DNA of 63,340 nt, the filler included, from Olpidium bornovanus S191 (Eukaryota; Fungi; Olpidiomycota): the NCBI GenBank assembly GCA_017911155.1. It is 30 parts of 30 records of this genome, joined end to end, with 100 filler letters (N's around TTAATTAATTAA, not from the genome) between each part and the next. Parts side by side here need not be neighbours in the genome. Positions count along the whole stretch, not along the records: positions 46,028 to 48,527 come from JAEFCI010010231.1; positions 48,628 to 51,515 come from JAEFCI010007294.1; positions 51,616 to 53,614 come from JAEFCI010005317.1; positions 53,715 to 54,806 come from JAEFCI010009713.1; positions 54,907 to 56,602 come from JAEFCI010005921.1; positions 56,703 to 57,946 come from JAEFCI010011450.1; 24 more parts are not named here. One strand, written 5' to 3'. Position numbers and translations under genes: made by a program. Every line of letters starts with the position of its first letter. Within the stretch, counting starts at the first letter, position 1. Of the stretch, positions 46,028-58,046 are shown piece by piece. The notes below the pieces were generated by a model. It searched no databases. It was not told the DNA's origin and saw nothing but the letters and a program-made list of their open reading frames with translations.

Positions 46028-48350
46028 AACACGTGGGTCATACGCGGCTCGCCATTCTTCATATCCTGACAAAATGTAGTGTCGAACCTTCAAATTGTAC
46101 AGAATGCTGGCTAGTTGGCCCCCGGCTGCCAAGTTCGCATTTGCCATGCTGTTGATGCTGTCCAGGTCCTGTTTATTCCGACACCATTACAATGCACTTT
46201 TACCGGTGAGCTGCACGCCGGCGACAAGCGCTTACCTGCAGCGTCCGCGCCAGCTGTAGTTCTTGCCTTCGGTACGCCTCTTCCATCGTCGACTGAAACC
46301 GCATTGTTATTTAGCTAGCAGGCGGAATTTCGTTTCGCTGGCGGCGCGGAAGTACCTTCATGCTATCCGATGCTGCAAGCTGCCATTGCTTCAGCGCGTT
46401 GAAATTCTGGTTTGCCGCAGCGCTGTGGAGCGTCACTGCCTGAATTCCCTGCATTCGGGCGTCGCAACGTCAGCAGGGCCAACCCTGCTGGCCGGCTTCA
46501 CGTGGTGAAATCTCACACGCGCCTTGTCAACGCGTTCTAGTGCATCAGAAACGGCGACGGCGAGCTGCCTGACGTTGTCGCCGATGTTGTCCGCCAGGCC
46601 TGCCACCGCTTCCTGCTTCGTCTCCATTTGGCCGGTGCTTGCGGAAAGGTCTACAAGGCGCAGGTGTATGTCTTTCATCGCCTAGAAGGGCGCGGTCAAA
46701 GGCACTTCAGGATGCCGGGTAAACGTGCGGGAGACTGCGAGAGCAGCGTACAAGAAAACAGACATCTTCCACCCTGTTTGAGGCATCAAGAACCACATCC
46801 CGGATGGCGTCGCTGCTAAATTTCAGGTTTGCAACGGACGCTGCGACCTGCTGGTGCCCCGCCTCTAGCCCCTGAGCGGTCTGCCTAGCTTCCGCCAAGG
46901 TGCGCGTCAGCGCGGACACGTTCCTGGCTGCTTCTGCCACGTTGAGCTGTCGAAACTCGTCAGCAAAGCCTCCGTCTCAGACCGCTTTTTCACACCACAC
47001 AGGTCACGTCATGTGCCAAAAAAGGAAAGAAAAAAATAATAAAACAAAGGCTCACCTCGGTGCCCAGCGTGCTCTCGAGAATGTCGGCTTGCAGCAGCTT
47101 GAGCGTGTTAATGTCACGCACGTGTTCGGCCCTCCATTCCCGAAGTTCCCGTTGCTGCTGTCGCATTAGTTCGTAATTGGTACGGTGATGCCGCGTCAGG
47201 TTACGGTGCAACTCCGCAAGCAGTTCTATATGTTTGAAATAATTTGAAATGCTCTCGACAATCAGGCGACCGCGCGGTTAACAACTTTCGCCCGCCGGCC
47301 GGACACGAAATACCTCGTTCCAGAGCATGCCGCACCGCAAAACACATGTTGACAACCTCCCGCAGGTAGCCGCTATACGAAGTCCAGAGCTGAGGGACTC
47401 TCGCGAGCGCCCTGCGGGCCGCGGAAATCGCATTTTTTTTAAAAAAAAACCCCCCCCGCCGGATTTAACTTGTTGCGAGGGCCAATTGACCACCTACAGC
47501 AAACTCGGAAGAAAAAATAGGTGCAAGGGTTGGGGGGAAGGAAGGAGGCCTCACTTCACACAGGTCGGGAGCGAATCGTCGTCTAGCGCGGGGGTGCACT
47601 CGGGCGGCGGGGGCACGTTCCCGGTTGCGATCTCGCATTTCGCAAGGCGGACGGCGTCTTCAGAAACCCCGGTTAACGCCCGAAGACCCGAACAAAAACA
47701 AACCGGCACGAGGTCTTAGTTCGAAATCCGAAAGGAGGAGGAGACGTTCTAGACGATCTTGGGGAGTGGGGGAACTCACAGTGGATCTTTTGCCGCTGCT
47801 CGACGTGCAGCGCGCCGCAGCCCTCCTTGAGTAACCGCGCGGCTTGGCGGAAGCAGTCCCCCTGGCGGGCTTCGTAACGCGCGATCGCCTCTACGACCGG
47901 GGATCGGAATCCCGGAAACCGTTTTTTTAAGGGGGCCAGCTGTGACCCCGGCGGAAAACCAAAGCCGTTCCTCCTCCCTACCCCCAGCCTTTCCATTTTC
48001 TCACCTTCTCCACGCGTGATTACGCCGGACTCTTCGCGGGTGACCTGGACCCACTCGTCGGACAGCGGGTACGTAAAACCTGTTTTTTTCCGCCCGGGGT
48101 TTGCCAGGTTTCAGCGAGCAGAAAGAACAAACGCGCGCGTCTGCCGGGAGACGCGCAGTGCCGCGGGTCTAGGAAAGGCGGTTCGGGTGTCGTCCCCTAC
48201 TCTCTTCTCACCTTCGTCCGGAAACAGCGGGTCGCCCTTCGCGGCGAGGTCGCCGTGCGATCCGTGTCCTGTCCACGGCCACCACTTCGCGTCGGCGAGC
48301 ACCGCCAGGACGGCTGGCGAAACGCAAGCGAGGAGGAGTAGCGCCGCCAT
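46028..48350 (-). CDS. KAR5: Nuclear-envelope fusion protein of the KAR5/Tht1/GEX1/Brambleberry family, 3' partial
   Basis: Signal peptide MAALLLLACVSPAVLA; Cys-rich domain across exons DCFRQAARLLKEGC...|AVRLAKCEIATGNVPPPPEC...TCV|ALARVPQLWTSYSGYLREVVNMCFAVR; then long coiled coil. Confidence 0.85.
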
Positions 48351-48460
48351 GAACAAGGGAAAGCCTACGAAAAACGTATATATATGTATCTTTCTTTTTA
48401 TTTTTTTTTTTATGAGGGCCGCATTTCCGGGCGGAGCGGAGGAATTTGGTGCACGTCAAC

Positions 48461-48492
<32 letters not shown>

Positions 48493-48627
48493 GAGACCAA
48501 CAAAAAGCGCGGAGAGTTTAGGTTTTGNNNNNNNNNNNNNNNNNNNNNNNNNNNNNNNNNNNNNNNNNNNNTTAATTAATTAANNNNNNNNNNNNNNNNN
48601 NNNNNNNNNNNNNNNNNNNNNNNNNNN

Positions 48628-48861
48628 CATGATGAGCCTCTGCGCAGTCGGGGCCATCTTGCCCATTGTCGTAATGTTTCTGTCTTCCCTGATGATGTGC
48701 ACGTAGGCGGTGCTACCTTGCAGGTGGTCGACATTGATGCGCCTTTCTTCCTGCCCGTGGAAGGCGAGGTGCAGAACCCCTCTGCCGAGGTGCGCGTGCG
48801 GAGATCGATTGTAGAGGTAGACCATTGACCCCCACACTTCGTCCCACAGGCGGGCGTCAGG
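48628..48861 (-). mobile_element. Ty1/Copia integrase C-terminal fragment
   Basis: ARLWDEVWGSMVYLYNRSPH...AFHG...HLQGSTAYVHI...KMAPTAQRLIM resembles Copia LWAEA...VYLYNRSP...LRVFGS.AYVHI...K.APRA. Confidence 0.75.
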
Positions 48862-50556
48862 GCCAGTCTGGCTCAGGATGGCACCAATGCCAGCATCAGA
48901 AATGTCAGTCTGTAAGGGGAATTAGAACTGACGAGAGAAATCGGGGAGCTGTAAGATGGGCTCTGTCGTGAGTAGCATTTTTAATTGAGTGAAGGCCATT
49001 TGGTGGGACTCGTCCCACCGAAACGGGACAGCCAGTTTCATTAAATCGTAAAGGGGTCGAGCGAACATCGCCGATCAAGGGATTAATTTGCGATAATATG
49101 CAGTGAGGCCAAGAAAATGTTGAATGAGAGACACACTACATGGCAGCAGCCAATCGACGTTTGTCTGGGTCATCCGCGGGTCGGGCTTCAGAACATCAGG
49201 TGTCATGAGGTGACAGATGTAAAGGACTTCGTCACAACAGAACAAACACTTCTTTATGTTCATGTGAAGGCTGACAGCATCGACGCAGGCGAGGACCTTG
49301 CGGAGGTCGACAGGATGCTGTGCAAAGGACGGCGAGAAAATAATGACGTCGTCGATGTAAACGAAGCAGCACTGCCACAGCAGGGGGGACAAAACGGAAG
49401 CCATAAACTGATAAAACACGGCGCGAGCATTTTTCAGCCCAAACGTCATGTAGGTATACTCACAAAGGCCTATGTCGTATATGAAGGCGGTTTTTTCGCG
49501 ACTGGCAGTGGTGGGGACGCGCTGCATAGCGAAGGTTAGACGTAGAGGTAGTGCTGCCTGTCGTCTCAACACCTGTTGTTTCGACACCGTACCTTAAATG
49601 TTTTTTCTCGAAGAACCCGTATAAATGGTTTTTGAAGGATTGGCTGGTGACAATCGATACACTCTCTGTAGTGCCCGTATCGCCCGTACCAATTTTATTC
49701 CAATGCGCTCCCTGTAGCGCCAGTAACGACTTCGTTTTGATGCGCCCATTTAAGTGCCCCCCCCCGGTGGGCTGGACGGCTTCCCCGGGGGTATAAAAAC
49801 CCCTTCGGGGAGTGCGCCCACAGGCTAATTCGCGCTTCAACCCTCACCAGAACACAATAACAACAAAACGAACGCTTTCCCTTCCCGCATTGTCCGTTGC
49901 TCCGCCCGTTGCTCCGCTCGTTGCTCCCCGCTCCCCGCTCCTCGCTCCTCCGCTTCCGGCTCCGCTTCCGCAGCTATGGGGCTTGCCAGCAGCAGAAACT
50001 GGAATCTGCCAATAGCCAGGCGCAAGGTCCATGGTCGAAAAATACAAGGCATTAACAAGAGCATCAAGTGTATTGTCCATTCGAGGAAGCGGATAAATTT
50101 CAGTTTTGGTCACAGCATTGAGTGCATGATAATCAATGTAAAATCGGATTTCCCCACCGAGTTTTGGAACGAGGACAACAGTTGCAGCCCAAGGGCTCGT
50201 CGACAGCGTAACGGTTCTGGCGGCGAGCATTTTTCAAATATGCTCCAGATTACGTCACGTTGCGCTGGGGAAACATGGTACTGTGGGCGATTAACAGGCG
50301 CCGAGGTACCTGTGTCGATTTCAGATTAAAACAAAGACAGGCTGACGTGACCAGGGTTCACCGAATTCTGGGCGAAAAGGTGAGCGTATTTGCGCAGGAA
50401 AGCAACAAGCAAACAGAGCGGTGATGGGGACAAATCAGAACGGCCCACGTGAATTCCTGGCGGCAAACCTGTAAGGTTGAGATCGGCGTGCCGTTCGGCG
50501 TGTTTTTCCAACGTCATGGCGTGGAGTTCGGGAAAGGCGGTAGCCGACGGTGTCAT
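48862..50556 (-). mobile_element. Degenerate Ty3/Gypsy RT-RNaseH, interrupted by a solo LTR
   Basis: SPWAATVVLVPK...RFYIDYHALN...YPLPRMD...DLAPGYWQIPV//REKTAF...FGLKNA...VYIDDVII...FLGLTAYYRK...LQTDISDAGIGAILSQ. Confidence 0.92.
49509..49988 (+). mobile_element. Solo LTR (480 bp, TG...CA) with 4-bp target-site duplication GCAG
   Basis: GCAG at 49505-49508 and 49989-49992; removing the insert plus one TSD restores in-frame QIPVSAASREKTAF; TATAAAAA at 49792 suggests + orientation. Confidence 0.88.
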
Positions 50557-50649
50557 GGGGGGATTGTAGTATCTTCTGTGTGCGGGCCGGTGCTAGTTTC
50601 TTCCGCCCCCTTTTTTCCCTCCTTTTTCTTCTTTCCCTTTTTCACCTTT

Positions 50650-50868
50650 TGATAATACAACGCGTAAGAGAAAAAAAAAGGACGAAGAGATCACGCGCCC
50701 GTTGACGGAGCCCGAGAAAGCACGCTGACGCGCACCCGGGAAGCGTTATTTCCCAAGGTTTTCACGTTTTATTGACGGTAAAGAGTTTTCTCAGGACAGG
50801 GGGTGGGGGGGGGATTCCACAGAGGGGGATCACGTGGATACGGCCCGTATTTCTCTCAACACTCCCCC
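50650..50868 (-). repeat. Copia polypurine tract (GGGGGAG, 50862-50868) and 3' LTR (~212 bp)
   Basis: PPT directly followed by TGTTGA; internal AATAAA; probable end ...TTATCA at 50650 (this boundary less certain). Confidence 0.7.
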
Positions 50869-51515
50869 GTGATGCTAACATTTCCCGAAAGTGACGCATC
50901 ACCTGTTAAACGAAGGCCCGCGACGTGCTGAGAATGTTCGATGCGCGGAAGCGCCTTAGTTAACACGTCGGCCGTCATCTTGCCTGTCTCGATCAACCTG
51001 ATGGAGATGGGCCCGCACTCGACACACTCTCGATGAAGTGGTGTCGCACATTGATGTGCTTGCAGCGGGAGTGATGAACAGGATTCTCCGCCATGAGCTT
51101 TGCGCCCTAATTGTCTTCGAAGATGATGAGGTTGTCTAGCGCAGTCCCGAGCTCGACGAGGAGGTGGTGTACCCAAATCCCTTCTTTCGCTGCCTCGGCG
51201 AGAACCACGTATTCGACTTCGCAAGTAGAAGTCGCGACGACTTCTTGTCGCTTACTGCGCCAGGTGATCGCCCCACCTGCAAAAAGGAAAACGCATCCGC
51301 TCGTCGACCGACGAGTCTCCCGGCACTCGGCGTAGTCGGCATCGCAGTAGCCAACGAGTCCGGGTCCGTCGCGTTTGTATTCCGGTTTCATATGCTTCGT
51401 AGTCAGAGCGTATCGAAGCACCTGCAACGCCAGTGTCCGGTCGCGTTGCCGCGGCGCTGATTGGCGACGGCCGAGACAGCATACCGAGAATGCGATGTCT
51501 GGTCTGGTCCCCATG
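50856..51515 (-). mobile_element. Ty1/Copia RT end + RNase H, degenerate
   Basis: TRPDIAFSV...LVGYCDADY...RRSTSG...ITWRSKRQEVVATSTCEVEY...IFEDN*...KHINVRHHF...MTADVLTKAL; one stop and one frameshift. Confidence 0.93.
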
Positions 51516-52775
51516 NNNNNNNNNNNNNNNNNNNNNNNNNNNNNNNNNNNNNNNNNNNNTTAATTAATTAANNNNNNNNNNNNNNNNNNNNNNNNNNNNN
51601 NNNNNNNNNNNNNNNCATGCAAGAGATTCCTTTTGTTCGCTGAAAACGCGTGCGACTTGGGTGAGGAGATCGACTTTTTTTTTTCCTCGAGGGACACTCG
51701 AAACCAGTTAGAGCGATGCCTGGCGAAATCCTCAGGGTTTTCCTAGCTTTCTCTCTCTCTCCATTCGTCAGTTTCCACGCGCCCGCAAAAAAGTGCGGCC
51801 GGCCTATTGCATGAGAGTTCTATCCCTGTAGGTCACAACCCCTCCCCGCCCCCCGGGTGTTGGACGGACGGAAGTTGGCCGGTGCCTCCCGTGTGGAAGA
51901 GAGAGAGAGTGCGCGCGGGTCCCACGGGCAAAAGGCAAAATCTCGCAGGTTGCAGGAACCCGACTACCTTGTTGATGTTTTCCCTGCGTTTTCTTTAAGG
52001 TAGGGGAAAAAAAAAAAAAAAAAAAAAAAAAAAGGAAACCAACCATTGGTTTTTTCCCTTGGGTTGGGGAAGGGAAGGGTGGTGCGGTCGAAGGAGCCAT
52101 ACACGTTGAAAGGCGATCTGTGAAACTGGAGGAGGCGGAGTTCAGTGCTGGGTCTGGTGGCCGTCTCCAGGCGGTTCAAGTGTCGGGGAAACCCGAGCCT
52201 GACTTCGGCCTGAACAGGGCGGCTTGCGTTTTCTGCATATCTACTCACGCACGGCGGCCACCGCATACGGCCGCGAGACGCATCTCTCGTGTGGTATGTG
52301 TCTGCCTGTTGGAAATGAAGAGGCGGTAGAGACGCGGAGGCGCTGCGCGCACCAGCTCCTGCTCCCCTTTCCGTAGAATCCCTAGTTTCCCGACATACAA
52401 GTGGCCTTCTGTAGATAGCGCGCGAACGAAACTAAGAGAAAAACGAGGTTCATTCTCTCGCGGGCTCGCTGCGCTACCGTCTTCCCTCCGGGTTAAACAC
52501 TGCTTGGGTATCGCTGCCCCCTCGTCTTTCGAGGAAGACGGCGGGCTGGCTGGAACGAGAGGACGTGGTGACGCCAGGGTGGCACGGCAGCAACAATTCG
52601 CCGCGCTTCAGGAAACCAACCGCAGGATTGTCCTCGAGGTGCTTTCACGACGGGCGGCCCTTGCTCTGAAACAACAAGCAACGGGCTGTAGCGGAACGCC
52701 CCGGCGTTTGTTTCAAACGTCCGCATCGGCGGCCCGGAAGCCGCCCGGAGATTCAGCCGCGACGGGGGAGGGGCC

Positions 52776-53614
52776 ATGGTGCTCGGGTACCTGCTGCTCG
52801 CAGGAGCCGCCTATGTGGCCTACAGGACGAACCCGGACCCAAAGTCCTTTCGCACCTTCCTGGAAAACGATCCGGAGAAACAGCAGCGGTCGGGAGGAGG
52901 CGGCCGGAAGGGGAAGAGCTTCTTCTCGAAGCTGCTGGCGCCGCTGCAGAAGCACTCGGTGCCGAATTACACAGTCGACAACTACGCCTTGTTCAGCGTC
53001 GCCACCGTCTGCGACTCGTCGGGCGCCACCTTCCTTGGCGTCTTCGGCACCTGGTGGCTCCTCTCTTCCTCTTCTTCCTCCTCCTCGGCGTCTTCGGCGG
53101 ACAGCACTGACTTCGCTTCCGGCGGCGGCGCCGCCGCCGGCGAGGACCGCGCCGCCCTAGAACGTCAAAAGGCGGTCGGCCACAAAGGGAGGAGGGACTA
53201 CCGCTCCGCTGCCTCCGCGTTCTACAACGCGGGCAAGCTGTTCGAGCTGGCCTCCAGCGAAGCGTCCTCCGCCAGGCCGGGATCGGGCGAGTTCGAGGCG
53301 CACGAGGCCGCCACCGCCTTTGAAGAGGCATCAAAATGTTACAACATGTGCAACGAGGAAGGTGCGCGGGGCTTTCATTTTCCCCGTCTCGGAGTGTGTT
53401 CTGTCCGGGCGTACGGTCCCCCTCCCCCCTGTCCCACCTCGACGTTTTCAGATCGGTAGAATTTTTCACGCTTTGCCGCACCGCAGGAAGGGCGGTCGAG
53501 TGCGTCGAGACCGCGGCGAGGCTCTTCCGTGCGGTGCCGAGATCCGGTTGCCGAGCCGCCCGCCTGTACGACTCGCTAGGCGAGCTTTACCGCAAGCCTG
53601 AGCCGCCAAACATG
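52776..53614 (+). CDS. Membrane-anchored protein: TM + DUF4359-like domain + SNAP/TPR-like repeats, 3' partial
   Basis: MVLGYLLLAGAAYVAY-RTNPDPKSF...NYALFSV...FLGVFGTW followed in the same exon by DYRSAASAFYNAGKLF...HEAATAFEEASKCY...|RAVECVETAARLF...AARLYDSLGELY (alpha-SNAP-like). Confidence 0.7.
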
Positions 53615-53714
53615 NNNNNNNNNNNNNNNNNNNNNNNNNNNNNNNNNNNNNNNNNNNNTTAATTAATTAANNNNNNNNNNNNNNNNNNNNNNNNNNNNNN
53701 NNNNNNNNNNNNNN

Positions 53715-54806
<1,092 letters not shown>

Positions 54807-54906
54807 NNNNNNNNNNNNNNNNNNNNNNNNNNNNNNNNNNNNNNNNNNNNTTAATTAATTAANNNNNNNNNNNNNNNNNNNNNNNNNNNNNNNNNNNNNN
54901 NNNNNN

Positions 54907-54990
<84 letters not shown>
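54907..54990. repeat. (AG)n microsatellite at contig start
   Basis: Direct reading; minor interruptions. Confidence 0.95.
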
Positions 54991-55019
54991 AAAAGCGGCC
55001 TTACGGGAGGGATGCGGCA

Positions 55020-55639
55020 GGAGAGAGGGGAGACGGGGGCGGGGAGGCAAACTTACGGATGGTAGTCTCCAGGTACGCGGAAGCCGGGCGGCCGGCGGCC
55101 GCAACAAGGAGCAGGAGGGCGCAGGCGATCCTGGGAAACATCCTTCTGGCCGATGACGTGTATCAAAAAGCGGCGTTTTTCGATTTGCCGGGGGTGGGGG
55201 GCCTGCTCCGCCTTCTGCAACCCGCGCGCGCGAAAGCCCCAGAGGATGGGATTTTGCCAGTGCAAAAAAAAAAATTTGGGGGATGGGAAGCACGGATCGG
55301 AAGCGCACACGCCCTCCCCCCTCCTCCCCCCGCCTCCGCCCCGCCGCCCGGCCCGGCCCCGCTTCGTTGAAAACGCGTGACAACAGGGGTGGGGTTACGG
55401 GGATTCCACGCACCGGTTTTTTTCTTTTTGTTTTTCTTTGGGGATGGGGGGAGGTTTCGCGCGCTCGGGGGGCCTCGTTTTGCCGCGGCGGCTTCCGGTC
55501 GTTGCAGGCACCAAAAAACTCGCACGCCGGACCGGTTTTTTTTTCTTCCCCCCCCCCCACCCACTAGCCCCCCTCCTCCGCTCCACCGCTCCACGCCTTT
55601 TCCGGCGGCTTCTGCGGCGGCTCTCTGCGCTCGTTCGTC

Positions 55640-55682
<43 letters not shown>

Positions 55683-56051
55683 GTGTTTTTGGGGGGGGGG
55701 GGGGGGGATCGGCTGTGGTACAGCAAGCACAGTGGGCGACTGCACGGCGCAGGTGCGCGAATTCGACGCGCAAAATTTCCCGCGCGCTTTTTCTCCTCAA
55801 CCCCCTTCGCGACGCGTGCGCCGGACGCGCCCTGTTCCGCCCCCCCCCCCCCCCCCCCCCCCCCCCCCCACCCATCTGCCAGGAGGGTTTAGGGCCATCT
55901 GTTAAGTGCACGAACCGCGCGCCCGTTTCTGTCACTGGAAAGATTTCTTGCCTTTTTTTTTTTTTTTTTTTCTGCCTGCAGGGGAGAAAATTTTCTCGTT
56001 TTATGCTCTATCCGGGCCGGATCCGTCTCGGACTAACGCGCGCGGGGAGGA

Positions 56052-56083
<32 letters not shown>

Positions 56084-56212
56084 AGGGGCGGGGGCGGGGA
56101 ACGGTCTCGGGAACTTCCGAATTTTTGGAAAGGCGCCGCCGGTGCGGGGACGGGCTCCCCCGGTATCGAGCAGGCCAGCCGGTCACAGCCCCCCCTGGGA
56201 CCGCGGCTTTCT

Positions 56213-56256
<44 letters not shown>

Positions 56257-56495
56257 CTCTCTCTCTCTCACTCCGCCCGCTCCGGAGAGAGCAGAGAGTG
56301 AGAGAGAAAAAAAACGGAGGGGGGGGGGGGAAAACATGACCGTGTCCTGCTGCTGTCAGGTTTCGCTGTCGTCCACCGGTCTCCCCGGCCTGGCCGCCGC
56401 CCTGGGCTCCATGTCCGTGAGCCCGGAGCCGCCGTCGCCGCAGGAGGAGGAGGACGAGGACGAGGACGAGAAGGAACGCGTCGTTTCCGTCAACG
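55020..56495 (+). CDS. Hypothetical gene fragments
   Basis: Protein-like segments AQAILGNILLADDVYQKAAFFDLPGVGGLLRLLQP and |VSLSSTGLPGLAAALGSMSVSPEPPSPQEEEDEDEDEKERVVSVN| with splice sites, separated by homopolymer-rich DNA. Confidence 0.3.
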
Positions 56496-56545
56496 GTGCG
56501 TGCGTGTGCTCGGGCGGAAACCCGCGTCGCCGTCATTTCTCACGC

Positions 56546-56576
<31 letters not shown>

Positions 56577-56862
56577 CCCCGGGGGGAAAAAAAAAAAAAA
56601 AANNNNNNNNNNNNNNNNNNNNNNNNNNNNNNNNNNNNNNNNNNNNTTAATTAATTAANNNNNNNNNNNNNNNNNNNNNNNNNNNNNNNNNNNNNNNNNN
56701 NNCATGGAACACGGCACGCCCGTAAAAGTAAATAAAAAAGATTTCATTTTCCCATCCTCTTCCTGCTCTCCACCGTTTGGCGGTCGGAGAGAGAGATAGA
56801 GGTGGAAAGAGAGAGAAAGAGTGAAAAAAAAAATAATACAGAAAGAAAGACAGAGAGAGCCC

Positions 56863-57829
56863 TTACATCGTCAGCAGCGTCAGCGCCATCGCGATCGCGG
56901 CGGGCAGGGCGCCGACGCGTTTCGCTCTCTCTTTTGGCCGCACGAACGCCGCGCGCGTCTGCTTCCGTTTCGCTTTGCTCGCCATGCCGTTGATGACGGC
57001 CGGCAGGAGCGTCCACGAGAGCATCGCGAGCAACAGCATGAGCGCCGCGACGATGGTGTACGGCTTATTTTGTAAGATAAGAGGGTGGAAAAGCCCCCCG
57101 CGGCGGAGGCACGGGCGTTCGCAGCCGGGGATGCGGCAGCGGGGTGGGGGGGAGAGGGGGGAGGGAGGGGAAGGAAGGGAAAAGGGGAAAAAGAAGAGAA
57201 CGGGAGAAATGGAGGGAAAAAAAAGGAGAACCCCAGCCCCCCCTTCCCCCCCCCCCCCCCCCCCCCCCTTGTCCCCTTCCCTCTCGTCTTCAAGGCTCTC
57301 TTCCCCCCCCCCTCCTGCCCGCCCGTTCCCCCCAAAAAAAAACGCACCCACGCATTGCTGAGCGCCTGGCCCTTGTCGATCGCGCCGTCGCGGAACGGAA
57401 TGGTAATGTTCGTCACTCCGCCTTGGAAGGACCGCCGGATCGCCGTCGCAATTGCCCACCATCTGCCCAAGATGCCCGTGTCATTCTCGGCGTCGCCGTC
57501 GTTTCCGGCACCTACTGGCGGTGGCAATTCTTTTATTTTTATGCGAGATCGAAAACCCCAGTTTCGTCCGGGACCCGGGTAAACGGCGACAAATGCAATT
57601 CGGGGGAGCTTCAAGGAGGGAGAAGGAAGGGAGGGGATGTGTGGAACGGGGGAGGGGGGGGGGGGGCGGCCGCCAAGCGGCATTCACTTCCCCACCCCCC
57701 CCGCCCTTCCCACCACCACTCCAATCCCTCTCGCTCCCTTTTCCAGCACGGGCTTTTTCACAAACCTTGGCCTGCGGCCGTTCGGGCCGCCGACGCGATG
57801 CACGCCGCGACGGCCGCCAGCGGCCTCAT
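56863..57829 (-). CDS. Hypothetical membrane protein (signal peptide + at least two hydrophobic helices), 3' partial
   Basis: MRPLAAVAACIASAARTAAGQ|ELPPP...NDTG...NITIP...|PYTIVAALMLLLAMLSWTLLPAV-basic loop-VGALPAAIAMALTLLT|; GT-AG phases consistent. Confidence 0.5.
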
Positions 57830-58046
57830 GCGCGGTCTGCCTTTCTTTTCCGTTTTTTGGTTGTTTTCCATTTTTTTTTTGGTTTTGATCGGGGGGGGGA
57901 GGAGGGGAAAGGGGTTTCGTGTCAGGCGGCGTGACGGGGGCCGGGGNNNNNNNNNNNNNNNNNNNNNNNNNNNNNNNNNNNNNNNNNNNNTTAATTAATT
58001 AANNNNNNNNNNNNNNNNNNNNNNNNNNNNNNNNNNNNNNNNNNNN

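Noticed and set aside
51800-52250. Possible small multi-exon gene on the minus strand (MRLAAVCGGRR|SPFNVYGSFDRTT...)
   Set aside because: Splice phases can be made to fit, but the peptide is short and unrecognisable; not supportable.
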